Notes: a model not told the origin generated them from the letters alone. A stretch of DNA of 62,969 bases, filler included, from Neolecta irregularis DAH-3 (GCA_001929475.1; 14 parts of 14 records of this genome joined end to end with filler, not necessarily neighbours in it), one strand, 5' to 3'; positions 1 through 11,920 are shown, counted from the whole stretch's first letter. Program-made: numbers and translations.

Positions 1-82
1 TCAATCAATCCAGAGCTAAAATTTATTCAATCAATCAATCCAAGGGCCTTGGATTGGGATTGATTGGTTGATGGACACACTG
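1..82 (-). mobile_element. End of hAT-type MITE (CAGTGTGTCCA terminus) with CAAT-array subterminal region
   Basis: TGGACACACTG at 72-82 is the reverse complement of the terminus seen at 15892, 16529, 49072, 58859 and 61986; tcaatcaatc/gattgattg arrays lie inside. Confidence 0.6.
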
Positions 83-320
83 ACACTAAGTCTTCCCAGA
101 TAGAGAAAAGACATTACAATATGCCAAAATGATATTAGATGTGGGAGCAGCATTTCTAAGCATTCATGGTCGCAAGAGAGAACAAAAGGGCCGGTTTTGT
201 GGCATTACCAATTGGGAAATTATTCGGTTTCTCATGGAACGATTAGGCGCGAACCAAACGCAGCCTAAATACATTCCTGAATTCATTCCGGTATACATTT
301 ACAACAAAAAAGCACTCTGA

Positions 321-761
321 CTAGCTGGTGGTCTGCGGAACCACGTAGTTGACCAGAACTGCAGGTGTGGACGGTGTGGCTCCAACCATGATTTCTTGGG
401 AACAAGGCGCCTCTAACAGTGATACAACGATGCCACTTGACAAGACATCAGGCGGTGGCGTAGGAGCTGCTGGAGCTCCCAAGGAGTGTGGGAAATTTCG
501 TAAAAGTGTAGCGTAAGGGAAGGGTAGACTGGCGGGTGCTGGTCGAGGGAGTAGACCCTCAACGGAATCAGACAACTCCAGACTGATGATTACTGTTTTT
601 GTGACTATGGTCTCAGCATGTGAACGTTGAATCTGCGCATTTCCGCCCGAGTTTCCTTTGTTTTGAACAGATGTACCCGTTTCATTTTCAACAGTGAATT
701 TAACTTTCGTGCAGAATATCATTGAAAAAGCAACAAACATGGGAACAGTTGTCTTAACCAT
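321..761 (-). CDS. Hypothetical Pro/Ser/Thr-rich protein with hydrophobic N-terminus
   Basis: 146-aa ATG ORF; no recognisable domain. Confidence 0.3.
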   Translation of the reverse strand: MVKTTVPMFVAFSMIFCTKVKFTVENETGTSVQNKGNSGGNAQIQRSHAETIVTKTVIISLELSDSVEGLLPRPAPASLPFPYATLLRNFPHSLGAPAAPTPPPDVLSSGIVVSLLEAPCSQEIMVGATPSTPAVLVNYVVPQTTS

Positions 762-1049
762 GTCTAATCGGTGTTGATACAGAGGGGTTTAGAGTCTGTC
801 GAATGAGCGAATAAAGCGCAGGTCGAATTTGGGGGCAACAAGGCAACGTTCATAGAACAGGTATTTCTATTAGTGTTCCTGTCATTCAATTGGCTGGGGA
901 GGAGCCACTAGCAGAGCACAGGCCTAAATTGACTTGGGAGCAAATTCTCCTTTATTTTGGGTTCATGTGATCCTTGAAATTGAAGATCAAGTTCCTTGTT
1001 TAGTATTTTGAGTGTTCTCTAGCGGGACCATTTGGCAGTGTGACTTTCC

Positions 1050-1375
1050 ACTCCTGCCCGCCTTTCCCGTCCCACCAGTCCCTCCTTCCTCTCCTGTCTC
1101 TCCCTGTGCCTCCTCTCCCGTCCCACCTCGCCTGTCCCGCGCTGCCATCCAGCCTCGCCAGTCCCGCGCTACCATCCCGCCTCACCCATCCTGGGCATCC
1201 GTCCCTCTTCCCCCGTCCAGCTTCGCCCGTCCTGCTGGTCCCTCCCGCCTTGCCTGTCCCGCAAGTCCCTGTCCCTCCCATGCCTCCTCGCCCATCCTGT
1301 CTGCCTCGCCCATCCCTCCAGTCCCTGTCCTGCCCATGCCTCCTCTCCCATCCCGCCTGCCTCACCTGTCCTGAG
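1050..1375. repeat. C/T-skewed low-complexity tract of the type found inside hAT-derived elements
   Basis: cctcgcc/cctgtc arrays resembling 5220-5450, 35890-36240, 49330-49660 and 62470-62760. Confidence 0.6.
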
Positions 1376-1568
1376 ATGGGCATGGGAATGGCGGTGCCTG
1401 TGGCCTGGCTGACCTGGACATAGCACAGTGACTGCACAACCAACACATGTATTATCAAACTAGATCATATAAAAGTGAATAGAACCAATCAATTGTTTTA
1501 TGCAAAATAGCTTGATGTTCTAATAGCACCCGCGGGACTCTTTGAAAACCACTTCAGTAATTTTGAAA

Positions 1569-1910
1569 TCAAATGGGAACATTTATTGAAATAGTATGAT
1601 CCCGGACTTCGGTCGCCATCAGACTGGCAGCATTGACGTTGTTCTTCTTTCCGCAATCAGCAAGAATCAGATCTCTGAGTTGCATGTCTACATTGATCCA
1701 CTGTGTATCGGATAGAGAGGGCCAAATGTAGTATGTTTCTACAACAGTAGTCTTATCAGCAAGATCAAGCAACTCAGGAGTTGTAATAACGGCCTGTCGA
1801 TAATAAGTCAATAAACTGATTAATGTAGTGTTCCGTTTATTGACGATCTTTGTGAATGTCGTTGAACGAGAAGACATCAATATTTGTTGAAAGCGATTGT
1901 TAAATTTCAT
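1569..1910 (-). pseudogene. PRP8: Chimeric PRP8 fragment (two non-adjacent Prp8 blocks fused)
   Basis: [39 protein letters not shown] and [46 protein letters not shown] match two remembered Prp8 segments, with damaging changes (e.g. W>R, G>R). Confidence 0.85.
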
Positions 1911-2735
1911 TTGATCGTCTTCGCTTACCCTGAGGAAAGCAGAGGCAGTTCGTTCCTTCGTTTCCTCATTCGTGAGACTCCAAAGGCCATCTTTCTGGCT
2001 GAATTCTTCTGTTTGTGCTCGGACTTTAGGTAGTATTCGGACCTAAAAACCACACATATCGAACAGAAGGTTCGGATTATGTCGACTATAGACAGAGACG
2101 AATGTGGTTTCGTCCCATTCAATTGTTGTAATGTTTCGTGGTAATCGATTCTTAATATCCCAAACACAGCTTTTGCAGGAGAGCGAGATGGGGCGGCAGG
2201 GGCATTGGCGATGACAGTAGCGGCATGGTCGGTGTTGGTGTTGGTAAAGCGGAGGGGAGGGGGTGGAAGAGGCGACCGGATCAGAGATCTGGGCGGGGGG
2301 CGTCTGGGAGGAGATGGGCGTGGGAAGGGCGGTGCCTGTGGCCTGGCCGACCTGGACACAACTATAGGCATTGGTCTCGTCGTTGCCGCACCTGTCTAAG
2401 GGATAGTCAGGTTGAGTGATTCGATTAAGTTGTAATGCATATTATCGACTGTCTATTCCATCTCCCGCTCCTAGCCCGCACCTGTCTGCATGAACAACTT
2501 GCTGCTTGCGCCCGCGCAACTCGTCCTCACTGGCTCACTCCCCCGAATTATCCCACAATCATGTCTTTTAGATTCTCTCCCCCCAAAGAAATCCACCCTC
2601 CCAGAACCCCCATCAGTATTTTCATTTTCGGCAGCCGCAAAGGCGACGCTGCGCCAGGCTGCCACCGAAGAGTACAGCCACGGGTTTGCGGGCAGCGGGC
2701 GATGAGCAGCCAGCGTCCACAGCAGCACGCCTAGA

Positions 2736-2843
2736 GTAAGGATATACCCAGGCGGTATATCTTACCAATGCAGTAATCAGGCGTTGGTGGAATAGGTAGC
2801 GGAGTTTATAGTTATACCTCGCCTGAGTTACAACACTTAGGCT
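2736..2843 (-). mobile_element. Partial short LTR (TGTAAG...CTTACA family)
   Basis: Reverse complement has agcctaagtgttgta ... ttggtaagatata...gtatatccttac, as in 46040-46223. Confidence 0.6.
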
Positions 2844-3034
2844 NNNNNNNNNNNNNNNNNNNNNNNNNNNNNNNNNNNNNNNNNNNNTTAATTAATTAAN
2901 NNNNNNNNNNNNNNNNNNNNNNNNNNNNNNNNNNNNNNNNNNNCCAAAATGAGCAAGTAAGCAAGTCCAAAGGCTAGACTTGGACTTACTTACTTGATAG
3001 CAAGTCTGGCCGTGTGCCTAAGAGTCAGATGAAG

Positions 3035-3325
3035 AGATATGGAACAAGATTTGAAACAGTATATAAACCCGAAAAATGAGATATTTTGGGCCTTCATCTA
3101 TGTGGATCAATATTCAGATGAGATGATAGCGCAATAATGGTCAAATTATGGTTTCAGTAGGTGATATGAAACAGTATATAAACCCGAAAAAGCGCTCTTT
3201 CTCCGTGTAGATAAATATTAAGATAAGATGATGGCATTGTGACTGCTAAATTAGTACAAAATTTGAAACAGTATATAAAAACCGTAAAGAAGAGATATTC
3301 CCGGCCATTTTTGGTGTGGATAAAG
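3035..3325 (+). repeat. Three-copy degenerate ~100-115 bp tandem repeat, each copy with a TATA-like core
   Basis: tgaaacagtatataaa at ~3052, ~3167 and ~3264. Confidence 0.7.
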
Positions 3326-3999
3326 CATTTTGTATGACAGGCTTTGAGGCAGTGGAGTTCCAATTTATGAGTAGTTCAGTGGCTTTGAATCATCACAGGG
3401 TAAAGTTTCACCGGATATGTTGGAATCCGAGACATCACGTTGAACAATTTCTATTCACTACCATGTGTCAACACCGTTCATTCTTGACCTCGGAGACGCA
3501 GCAGCTGTGCCAATGCAAAACACTCCGAGAGCCCCATCTGAGATCGTAGATGCAGCAACGGCGGATCGACAGCGCCAGATTGGCGGCCACGGTGCGAAAC
3601 TCGCCTTCCAGCGCGGCGACGACAGGCGGGCTAAGCGGCCGGTGCGAGTACGGCCAGTGGAACAGGGCGGCGATGGCGGACGTGAATATTTCCTTACTCG
3701 CTGCTCCACCCAGACTGCGACAGTGATGCGGCGTCCCCGCACCCCAGACAACTATGCAGCTTCCCCGGAACACTCACCATACAGTATCCCTTTGACATGG
3801 GCCACAATGCATCAGTACCCTCCACATTCTCCTCATTCTCATTAAGTGGCACGAATCCACTCCTTGTATCTCGCAATTAGTGAGTATCTCCCAGGTTCCA
3901 CTGATCCGTCTTTACCTTTGTTTTAAAAACCCAACAGGCTGCAGAACCCCTCGCAGGACCTGCGCGTCAAAGACATTGTCCACCAACTATGCTTGGCAA

Positions 4000-4309
4000 G
4001 GTGGCAAGGCCGGTGGGTCAAATAGTCCAAACGGGCGGGCAAGACAGGAGCACAAGGCGGGCGCGCGAGGTGGGAGAGGTGCGAGGCGTGCGAGGAGGGC
4101 GAGATGGGAGAGGTCGGTGAGGTGGGTAGGAAGGTGGTTAGGGAGGAGACATGGGAGGTGAAGGGCTGCAAAGGTTTATTTAATATCACGTGGAAAAGCC
4201 CGTTTCGGTCGATGGGCGATGGGCCGGTTTTTTCTCGGTTAAAGCCCATGGGCTAAGCCCGCGGGCTTTTAATGGACCGGGCTACGCCCATGGCCCATTA
4301 CCAACACTG
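4000..4309 (-). mobile_element. hAT-type non-autonomous element end (CAGTGTTGG family)
   Basis: CCAACACTG at 4301-4309, gcccatgggc/gcccgcgggc palindromes, cacgtg box and purine tract; inverted copy of 5123-5450. Confidence 0.7.
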
Positions 4310-4538
4310 GCCCGCATGTAGAAGCATTTGTGTTGAAAAATTTTCTCTTTTCGTAGTGATTTCTTTCTGGACCATGACATTTATTATGATTCAGCCTCAA
4401 ATAGAATATTCCAACCACATGCCCGCATGCAGAAGCATTTGTGTTCGAACAGAGTCAGCCATTTGCTCTTTCGGTATTTTAAAAAACTATTTAACCGTCA
4501 GATTCCCGCCCTTAATCCTTTTCAACTTGTCGAAAACC

Positions 4539-4907
4539 ATGTCGTCGATTTTGTTTTTCATCACCTTGTGCGCAAAGCTTTCCTTTGCAACCAGCTATCT
4601 CGACCAATTTATACATGGCACCATACCTGCCGACACGATAATAGATTGCTTTTACTTTATTCCGCCCCGCGCCCTTTTTTACGACGTAACCTCGCAAAAA
4701 CGACCTGAAGAATTTTGTGCTGAAAATTGCCTCCTTGATTCTCAGTGCAATTCTTTCTTGGTGGTAGATGATAATGACACCGAAATATGCTACTTTTTTG
4801 GTGAGAGTGTGTACAATATCGATGCACTCATTGAAATGCCGTTGGATCACGAGTTCCGTCTGCAGTGTCTTGTGCGGTCGGCTTATGGGTATGAAGTTGG
4901 GATTTAA
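4539..4907 (+). CDS. Small secreted Cys-containing protein, PAN/apple-like (paralog of 51609-52031)
   Basis: Signal peptide MSSILFFITLCAKLSFA; C-x3-C-x5-C-x-SF...CYFF motif; flanks conserved with the paralog. Confidence 0.75.
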   Translation: MSSILFFITLCAKLSFATSYLDQFIHGTIPADTIIDCFYFIPPRALFYDVTSQKRPEEFCAENCLLDSQCNSFLVVDDNDTEICYFFGESVYNIDALIEMPLDHEFRLQCLVRSAYGYEVGI

Positions 4908-5122
4908 AAATTCATCTCATGTTCTCTAGTCGCATCGTGCAATAGAGGATTTCAAAGCTCGCAGATCATCTCACTACATGTACGATGGCAGTAATGCCAC
5001 ACATATAGGATGTAGTTCAACGGACAATATTGTAATTCAATGTATTTTCAGTTTAATGAGTATTGACTATTTCTCGCCTTCCATCCAAATATGATCTTTG
5101 ATAATTATTCGCTCTGTAGGGC

Positions 5123-5450
5123 CAGTGTTGGGGACGGGCCATGGCCTTAGCAGGCCCATGAAAAGCCCGCGGGCTTAGCCCATGGGCGACATTTTCACGT
5201 GATATTAAATAATACTGTGTGGCGTTCTCCTCCCTATCCGCCTTCCTGCTGGCCTCGCCTGCCCTCCTCACCAGCCCATCTCGCACGCCTCTCCCATCTC
5301 GCCTGTCTCTCGCGTCTCTCCTGCCCCACGTGCCTGTCTCTCGCGCCTTGGCCGTCTCTCCTACCTCGCGCGCCTCTCCTGCCCGTCCCTCCCGTCTCGC
5401 TCCCTTGTCTCTCCCACCGGTCACGCCTGTCCCGCTCGCCCGCCTCCTAA
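5123..5450 (+). mobile_element. hAT-type non-autonomous element end (CAGTGTTGG family)
   Basis: CAGTGTTGGGGACGGGCC start, palindromic subterminal motifs, ttttcacgtgatattaaataa, C/T tract. Confidence 0.7.
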
Positions 5451-5585
5451 GTCACATATAGGTTAGTGTTAAATTTGGACATCTGCTGTGTTAAGAATGT
5501 CTCTTTTTTGGCCGATAGTTAATGAATGAATATGATGATGATGATATGTATAAAAAGATTCAAGCTTGTACCTAAGATACTGGTT

Positions 5586-8500
5586 TTAGATTTCTTTTTG
5601 AAATTGTTGCATTTGAACCATCTCAAAATACTTTCCACGTAAAACAAGCAATTCATTGTGTGTTCCTTGTTCAACGAGTTTTCCTCTCTCCATGAAATAA
5701 ATCACATCGGCGTTTTGAACAGTTGAGAGCCTAAACTTGAGTATTATATATAATTCGAGAATCGTACCGGTGAGCTATAGCAATAGTTGTGCGTCCTTTC
5801 GCTGCTGTCTCGAGAGCTTGATTGATACTAACTTCAGAGGCTGAATCCAACGCGCTTGTGGCTTCATCAAGTAATAAAATCATCGGTTTCCGAAGCAGTG
5901 CACGAGCGATGACGATGCGTTGTTTCTGGCCTCCACTCATCAGGTTTCCTTTGTAACCACATATAGTCTCATAACCTTGCGGAAGCGATTCAATGAATTC
6001 GTGTATGTTGGCATCCTTACATGCGGCTATAACTTCATCGTCAGTGACTTCGCGATTTATGCCAATTGTAACGTTGAACCTGACAGAACCTTCAAGTAAG
6101 ACCCAGAAGAAGATAATTGAACCTTGATAAAGAGTTGGTTCTTGCGAGACAAGAGAAATATGTGATCTGTAGTTCTCAAGTTCCACCTCTTTTATATTTA
6201 CTTCGTCAACAGCTACAATACCAGAAAGTGGATCGTAGAATCTTTCAATAAGGCTGATTACTGTCGATTTCCCACAACCTGATTGACCAACCAATGCAAC
6301 AAACTCGCCTGGCTTAACGTCAAGGCTGAAACCTCTTAAGATTGAAATATCAGGTCTGCTAGGATACTGAAAGCACACGTCTTTTAGAGATATTGCCCCA
6401 CTTTTAACAAGAGGCCTCCTGTTTCCAGTATTGGTGCCAATGAGCGACGGATTATCTAACAAACGGAAAATATTTGAGGCTGATGTGACTGCTCTGTTGA
6501 TATCTGGCAATAAACTGGCCATGTGCCCGGCAGCTCGAGCTCCAAAAACAATGGCTATTAATGAAATGTAAAACTATTACTTAGTCAAAACGTGAACAAA
6601 CTTACATCGGTAAGTCCAACTTGACCTCGTCGAATTAATGTCGCACCCCACCAGAATGCAAGCGCATTGCACAAGAATAGGGAACTTTGCGAGCAGGCAT
6701 AGAAAATTGAACTCTTTATATAAGCATTAACCAAGGATCTTGATGGACTCGAAAGACTCTGCGAATACTCTTTCAGTAGCGGGATTTCCCAAGTAAGGCT
6801 TTGTACTGTTCGAATGTTTGCAGCCGCTTCACACGCAAGCCTTGCAGATTTCTGATAAGCCTTTTGAACCGAAGTCCGAAAAGTTTTCAGCACGTTGATT
6901 CTAAAATAACCCGCCGATACGAGGACCAAAATTGTACTCATGACAAGTAAAGCAAGCTTCCAGGCGACAACTAATGATAAAATAAGACCGCTAGAAATTT
7001 GGAAGACAATAATGATAATAGTGTCAAGAGGTAAGTAACATTAAGATCATAATGGGACATACGAAGAATGCTACCAGTCAATCCTTTCAAACTGGCCGCG
7101 TCAGTAGCAAGAATACTTGTTAGAATGCCGCTATCATTTTCATCTCGGTCAAAAAACTCAATATCTGAATGAACAAGCTTACTGAAAACCCGTTCACGGA
7201 CACGAAGAGTTATTTTTTCAGCACAATACTCAAAGATAAATCCAACTAGAAAATAGCAAAGAAATGCTATTACAGCAACAATTAACCAAAGAATTGCAAG
7301 AAAATTGGCCCGGTCTAGAAGCTGCCGTGTTTCTGATGCTCCATGCGATAGAACTTCGATGAAGTGAGCAAGGATCTGAGCCTGTGCAATGATAAGATTT
7401 CCACAGACAGCGGTAGCAATAAAACCGATAGCAAGTAAGAACTTTTCGGGCTTGTTGAAACACATAATTCGATAAAAGAGGTGGAATGCTGAATACTGTC
7501 TGTCTAAATTTCCGGGTTGCACACATGATTGGGCATTTGAAGCGATGGTTTTCTTCATGGAACTCCCTTTAAAACAAGCCGCCATAACATCTTTAATATT
7601 ATTTGGATCATCAGTTCCTCCTATCTGGTCAAGTTGAGCGCGCAATCTCTGAGCTTCGACAAGTTTCCAATATTGGTCCTTTCTATTCATGAGCTCAATA
7701 TGAGTCCCTTGCTCAACAATTCTGCCAGCTGATATGACAATAATACAATCTGCATTCTTGATTGTGGAGAGACGATGAGCAATAACTATCGTTGTACGTC
7801 TCTTTGCTGCCCGATCCAAAGCATCTTGGACAATCCCTTCGGACGGTGTATCCAACTCGCTAGTGGCTTCATCCAGTAGTAACACCTTCGGACGAGAAAC
7901 AATGGCTCTAGCAATTGCAATTCGTTGTTTCTGGCCTCCTGATAATAGAATTCCTCGTTCACCGACTTGAGTTTCGTATCCTTTAGGTAGACTTCGGATA
8001 AACTCATCAGCATTGGCCTCCTCACAAGCATCGTGAACCAATTGTCGCCGAATCTGGACGCTTGCGTTCTCGTATTTACATCCAATTAAACCTCGGCATA
8101 TGTTCTCGAATATTGTGGTAGAGAAGAGACTGGGTTCTTGAGAGACCAGAGAAATCTGCTGACGAAACCATTTGAGGTTGAGACACTTTATATCATGACC
8201 ATCAAATAAGATTCGCCCTTGGTACTGATCATAAAAGCGTTCAACAAGGTTGAAAACTGTGCTCTTTCCGCTACCGCTGGCTCCAACCAATGCAGTTATT
8301 CTTCCAGCCGGGATCTTCAAACTGAAATTATCCAAAACAGTAATGTTCGGTCGTGCTGGATAACTGAAGCTGATGTTCTGAAATTCAATTTTCCCATGAG
8401 CTTTAGGCAACGTTTTGCCCACATTGTCGAGGGGTTTGCTAGCGTTTTGGTCGATGACTTCAAATATCCTTTTTCCTGCTGCCGTGGCAGACGAAATTGC

Positions 8501-9753
8501 TGAAATACTCGGTGTGATCTGGCCTAAAGACATGGATGCAAGATTGACAGCATAAAAGACATTGAAGATTATGCCGGCTGAAATTTCTCCTCTGACAAGC
8601 ATATGAGCTCCATACCAAAATGCAAGTGCCTATTGATGTAAGTAGTCGACCCGGATTCAAGAATATTTACGTATCCTGAGTATATAACAAGCCAGGTGAC
8701 AGCCATGAGGAATCCGAGAGCAATCGACTTCTTCTTGCCCTCATCAAAGGCAAGTGCAAGATGAGTATTGAAAATTGCAGAAAGCTCTTTCTGCATACCA
8801 AAAGCTTGAACAGATCGAATATTGGCAAACGCTTCTTCTGCCAATGCTCCCCCGGCGGAATAATGAGCTAGTGCGACTCTAGTGCACTTGCCGAGAACCT
8901 TTCCGGTCCACCTCATTCCTACAGATAGCAAAGGTATAATGTAAATCGATATAATAGCGAGCTTCCAGTTCTTGACGAAGGCAATAATGAGAGCACTGAT
9001 GAATGTGGCTAAGGATGTAATAACGATGACAACCTTTTCTGAAATTCCTTCTTGGATAAGAGTGGCATCGCTGGTCTCTAGTTGAATTCTTGTTAAAAGA
9101 GATTGTACCCTGTTATTCGTGTAGTAATTTCTCCGGCACTCACTGTATCAAAGTAAGCAATATCTTGTTGTATAATTGCCTGCAGATAATTCTTTCGAAT
9201 TTTCTTAGTTATCCGATCACCGATGAACATCCAAGAAAATGTAGCGATCATTGTAGAAAGAAAAATAATAACAGCCTTGATGTTAACAGAAAAGTCATAT
9301 CGGAGCTTTACGATATATACGAAGTATAAAATTGTGTGATTGACATTGGTATGGAATCTATCAGCATCGTGTTGACCTGACTTGAAAAACTGTACTGGTC
9401 AATGCGAGAAAATATACGGTCTTGATACATTCGTGAAAAATATAGTGAGTTTACCAAGTACAATAGAAAAGAGGGGTAATGAAAACCCGGCTTCATAAAT
9501 TAGCCATATGTTTGCTTTTGGCCTTCTCTGTACCAATGCTTGCCATGATGAGTCCGAGACACATCAAAGCAAGGTCTGCTCTTGTTGCATAACGATATAA
9601 TTTCAAATAGACAAAGTCATTGATCCTTCTATTCGATCGGCTTAGAGTTTGATTGCATCCTTTGGGTAACACCGAGGCCACTCGTTCCTCTGGAGATTCT
9701 TTTAGATCCACAACATTGTGGCTTGGTAATGGGCATTTCTGTGCGGTCTCCAT
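5586..9753 (-). CDS. Full-size ABCB/MDR (P-glycoprotein, Pmd1-like) exporter, about 10 exons
   Basis: Two NBDs ([34 protein letters not shown]) and two TMDs; introns hand-spliced; stop at 5586-5588. Confidence 0.95.
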
Positions 9754-11920
9754 GAAATAAAACCTGAGGAGGCTCAGTCATTAGACCTGAGATATATGAG
9801 GATGCCTCAAGAGATCAGCGCAAGAGCTCACGAACTAAATATAGTAATTGCAGGGTTCGGACAGTTTGAAGAACATATTTGAGTGGAATTCTCAAATGCT
9901 ATTGATGGGCTTATTTTGAACCAACCGCTGTCCAGAATCACCTCTATTATCTCAACTCTCTCAAGTATTAGTATCCGAAAAAAGCTTATTTCAGATCATC
10001 TGCGTTACTTTCTTGGTTCTCTCTGTAGGCACTTAATATCTGCCTATCATCAGCCACCTGGCGAAGCCAACCGTAAGCAGATGTCCCAGGGAGTATCAGA
10101 CTGATGTATAAACCGGCAGGGTGACACAGGAAATAAGAGGCTTTACGAGCAGGGGGAACAGCTAGGCCAGAAGAACTCAGCACGGGAATAACAGCGCTAG
10201 GAGAAGATGCCTAGACCAAGAAAATGTTGTACGTAATATCTTAGAGGATATTTGAAGGTTTAATTTAGTTGGTCTGTCTCTAATCTTGACAGCTGATGTA
10301 GCCATTGTTCAAGTGACGTAACTGTTTCTGTTATTCTATTAGAAGCCTGTAGCTGTCTGTATGTAAGACTTGGTGGATAATGCTCTTTCCATCGAAGCAA
10401 AGAATCTAATTCCGTTTGTCCAAATGATGTCAGAACTCGAATACACTGAAACTACACGCTGCGTGCGACATGCTTGTATGGTTAACTTTAAAACATAAGT
10501 CTGGCCGGACTAGAGGGAGGGCTCTAACCAACCATTAGTAGCACAGTTACTTTCCAAAGTTACTACGATGCCATATCTTCTTCTAATTAGTTGGCCACAG
10601 CTTCACAATTCTTCTGGTTCTCGAAATGAGCTTCAGGCTAGTGACCTATGGTTAGCCTTAGCAGATCTACCTTAAGAACTTATTGATAGGATAGATAACA
10701 AACTCAACCCTTAACCCATGCAGTTTGAAGTCTAATGAAACTAATAATGCGACAACCTGGACATAATTGCAATAGCCTTTTTAAGATCGGATTGATGTAG
10801 CTCTCCACGACCCATTTGACATTCCCGTTGTCCTCTCAGTAGTGTATATCTCGTACTGGTAGATAAAAGAGAGATTCTAGAGAGCCACAGAGCGACTATA
10901 TCACATCCAGCGCTTAATATCCTGGTCGCTACCGATGATTCCATCCAGGCATTTATCCGGAGTGAGACATTCACCGGCACTCCCGCTAAAGTGCGAATCC
11001 ATACCCCAGCGTTAGGGTAAATCTGAAAAGGCATTGACTAGGGAAACCCTGAAGGAGTCCAAACCCGGATGGAAGCATTGTCTTTAGTAACTGTGCGAGC
11101 TGACTATTTCGTTCTCAGAACGCGCGAGGAAACTCGGATATCGAGTCATCGAGTCATTTTATTAAGCTACCAAAAGACTACTCCAGGTTAGGGGCAGGTC
11201 ATGGAGGAAGCATTCTGCGGTACAGGCACAAGAGTGCGAGACCAGCAGCAGGTGGGCAATGTTGGCGGCGTGAATCAGGGCGGAGGCGAGGGTTCGGAGA
11301 GGGAGGCTTTAAACCCCAATTTATTAGCGGCGGTGAGGCTTAGGTAGGCCCTGGATACTGAAGAGTTAATTATGAGGGGTAGGGTGTGTAAAGCTTGCCC
11401 TGAAGGGTTGAGTTGCATGACCATGAGGAAAGGATAAGCTCAATCTAAGTTCACAATCTCAATGGACAAGGATGGTGAGGAATGGCTCGTGGATTTAATT
11501 TGCCCACATTTTGCGCGTCAAATTTGTTGGCTCGTGGGTTGCCCGGCCGCATATGTTGCACGCAGGGTGTAGCTAGATGTTGCAAGCGTTTGTAGGATAA
11601 TAAATTGTTGATTGGTGAGCGCGGTCGTATTGGATTTCAGTCTCTTGGGCCGTCAAGACTTAGAAACGGAAATAGGGTAATACAATTGGCTAAACTATAG
11701 AGAAGAAAGACAGCCCATATTTATAGCTGCCAGCAACAGGCTGGTAACAAACGGAAAGAGCAGAGCGACAAAATAAGAGAACGCGAAACAGGAAATTACA
11801 GAGATAGAAAACCCGGGAGCGGTCAAATGGCTGCACAGCAGCGTACTAGCCTCCCCGGAAGTAGAGATAAAATAGATTACTGAGATAAGAAAAGGAAATA
11901 CCCGCCATCATCATCCTGGA

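Noticed and set aside
987-1458. Overlapping Pro/Arg/Gly-rich ORFs (also 5053-5461, 35595-36287, 41149-41467, 49253-49734, 62258-62798)
   Set aside because: By-products of stop-poor, C/T-skewed repeat tracts in TEs
2844-2943. Recurrent N-run/TTAATTAATTAA/N-run motif (about 16 times)
   Set aside because: Assembly linker with stops in all six frames. Genes cut by it do not resume, so true gaps are larger and adjacency across gaps is unreliable
3458-3876. GC-rich stretch with ORFs in several frames
   Set aside because: No recognisable motif or supportable gene model
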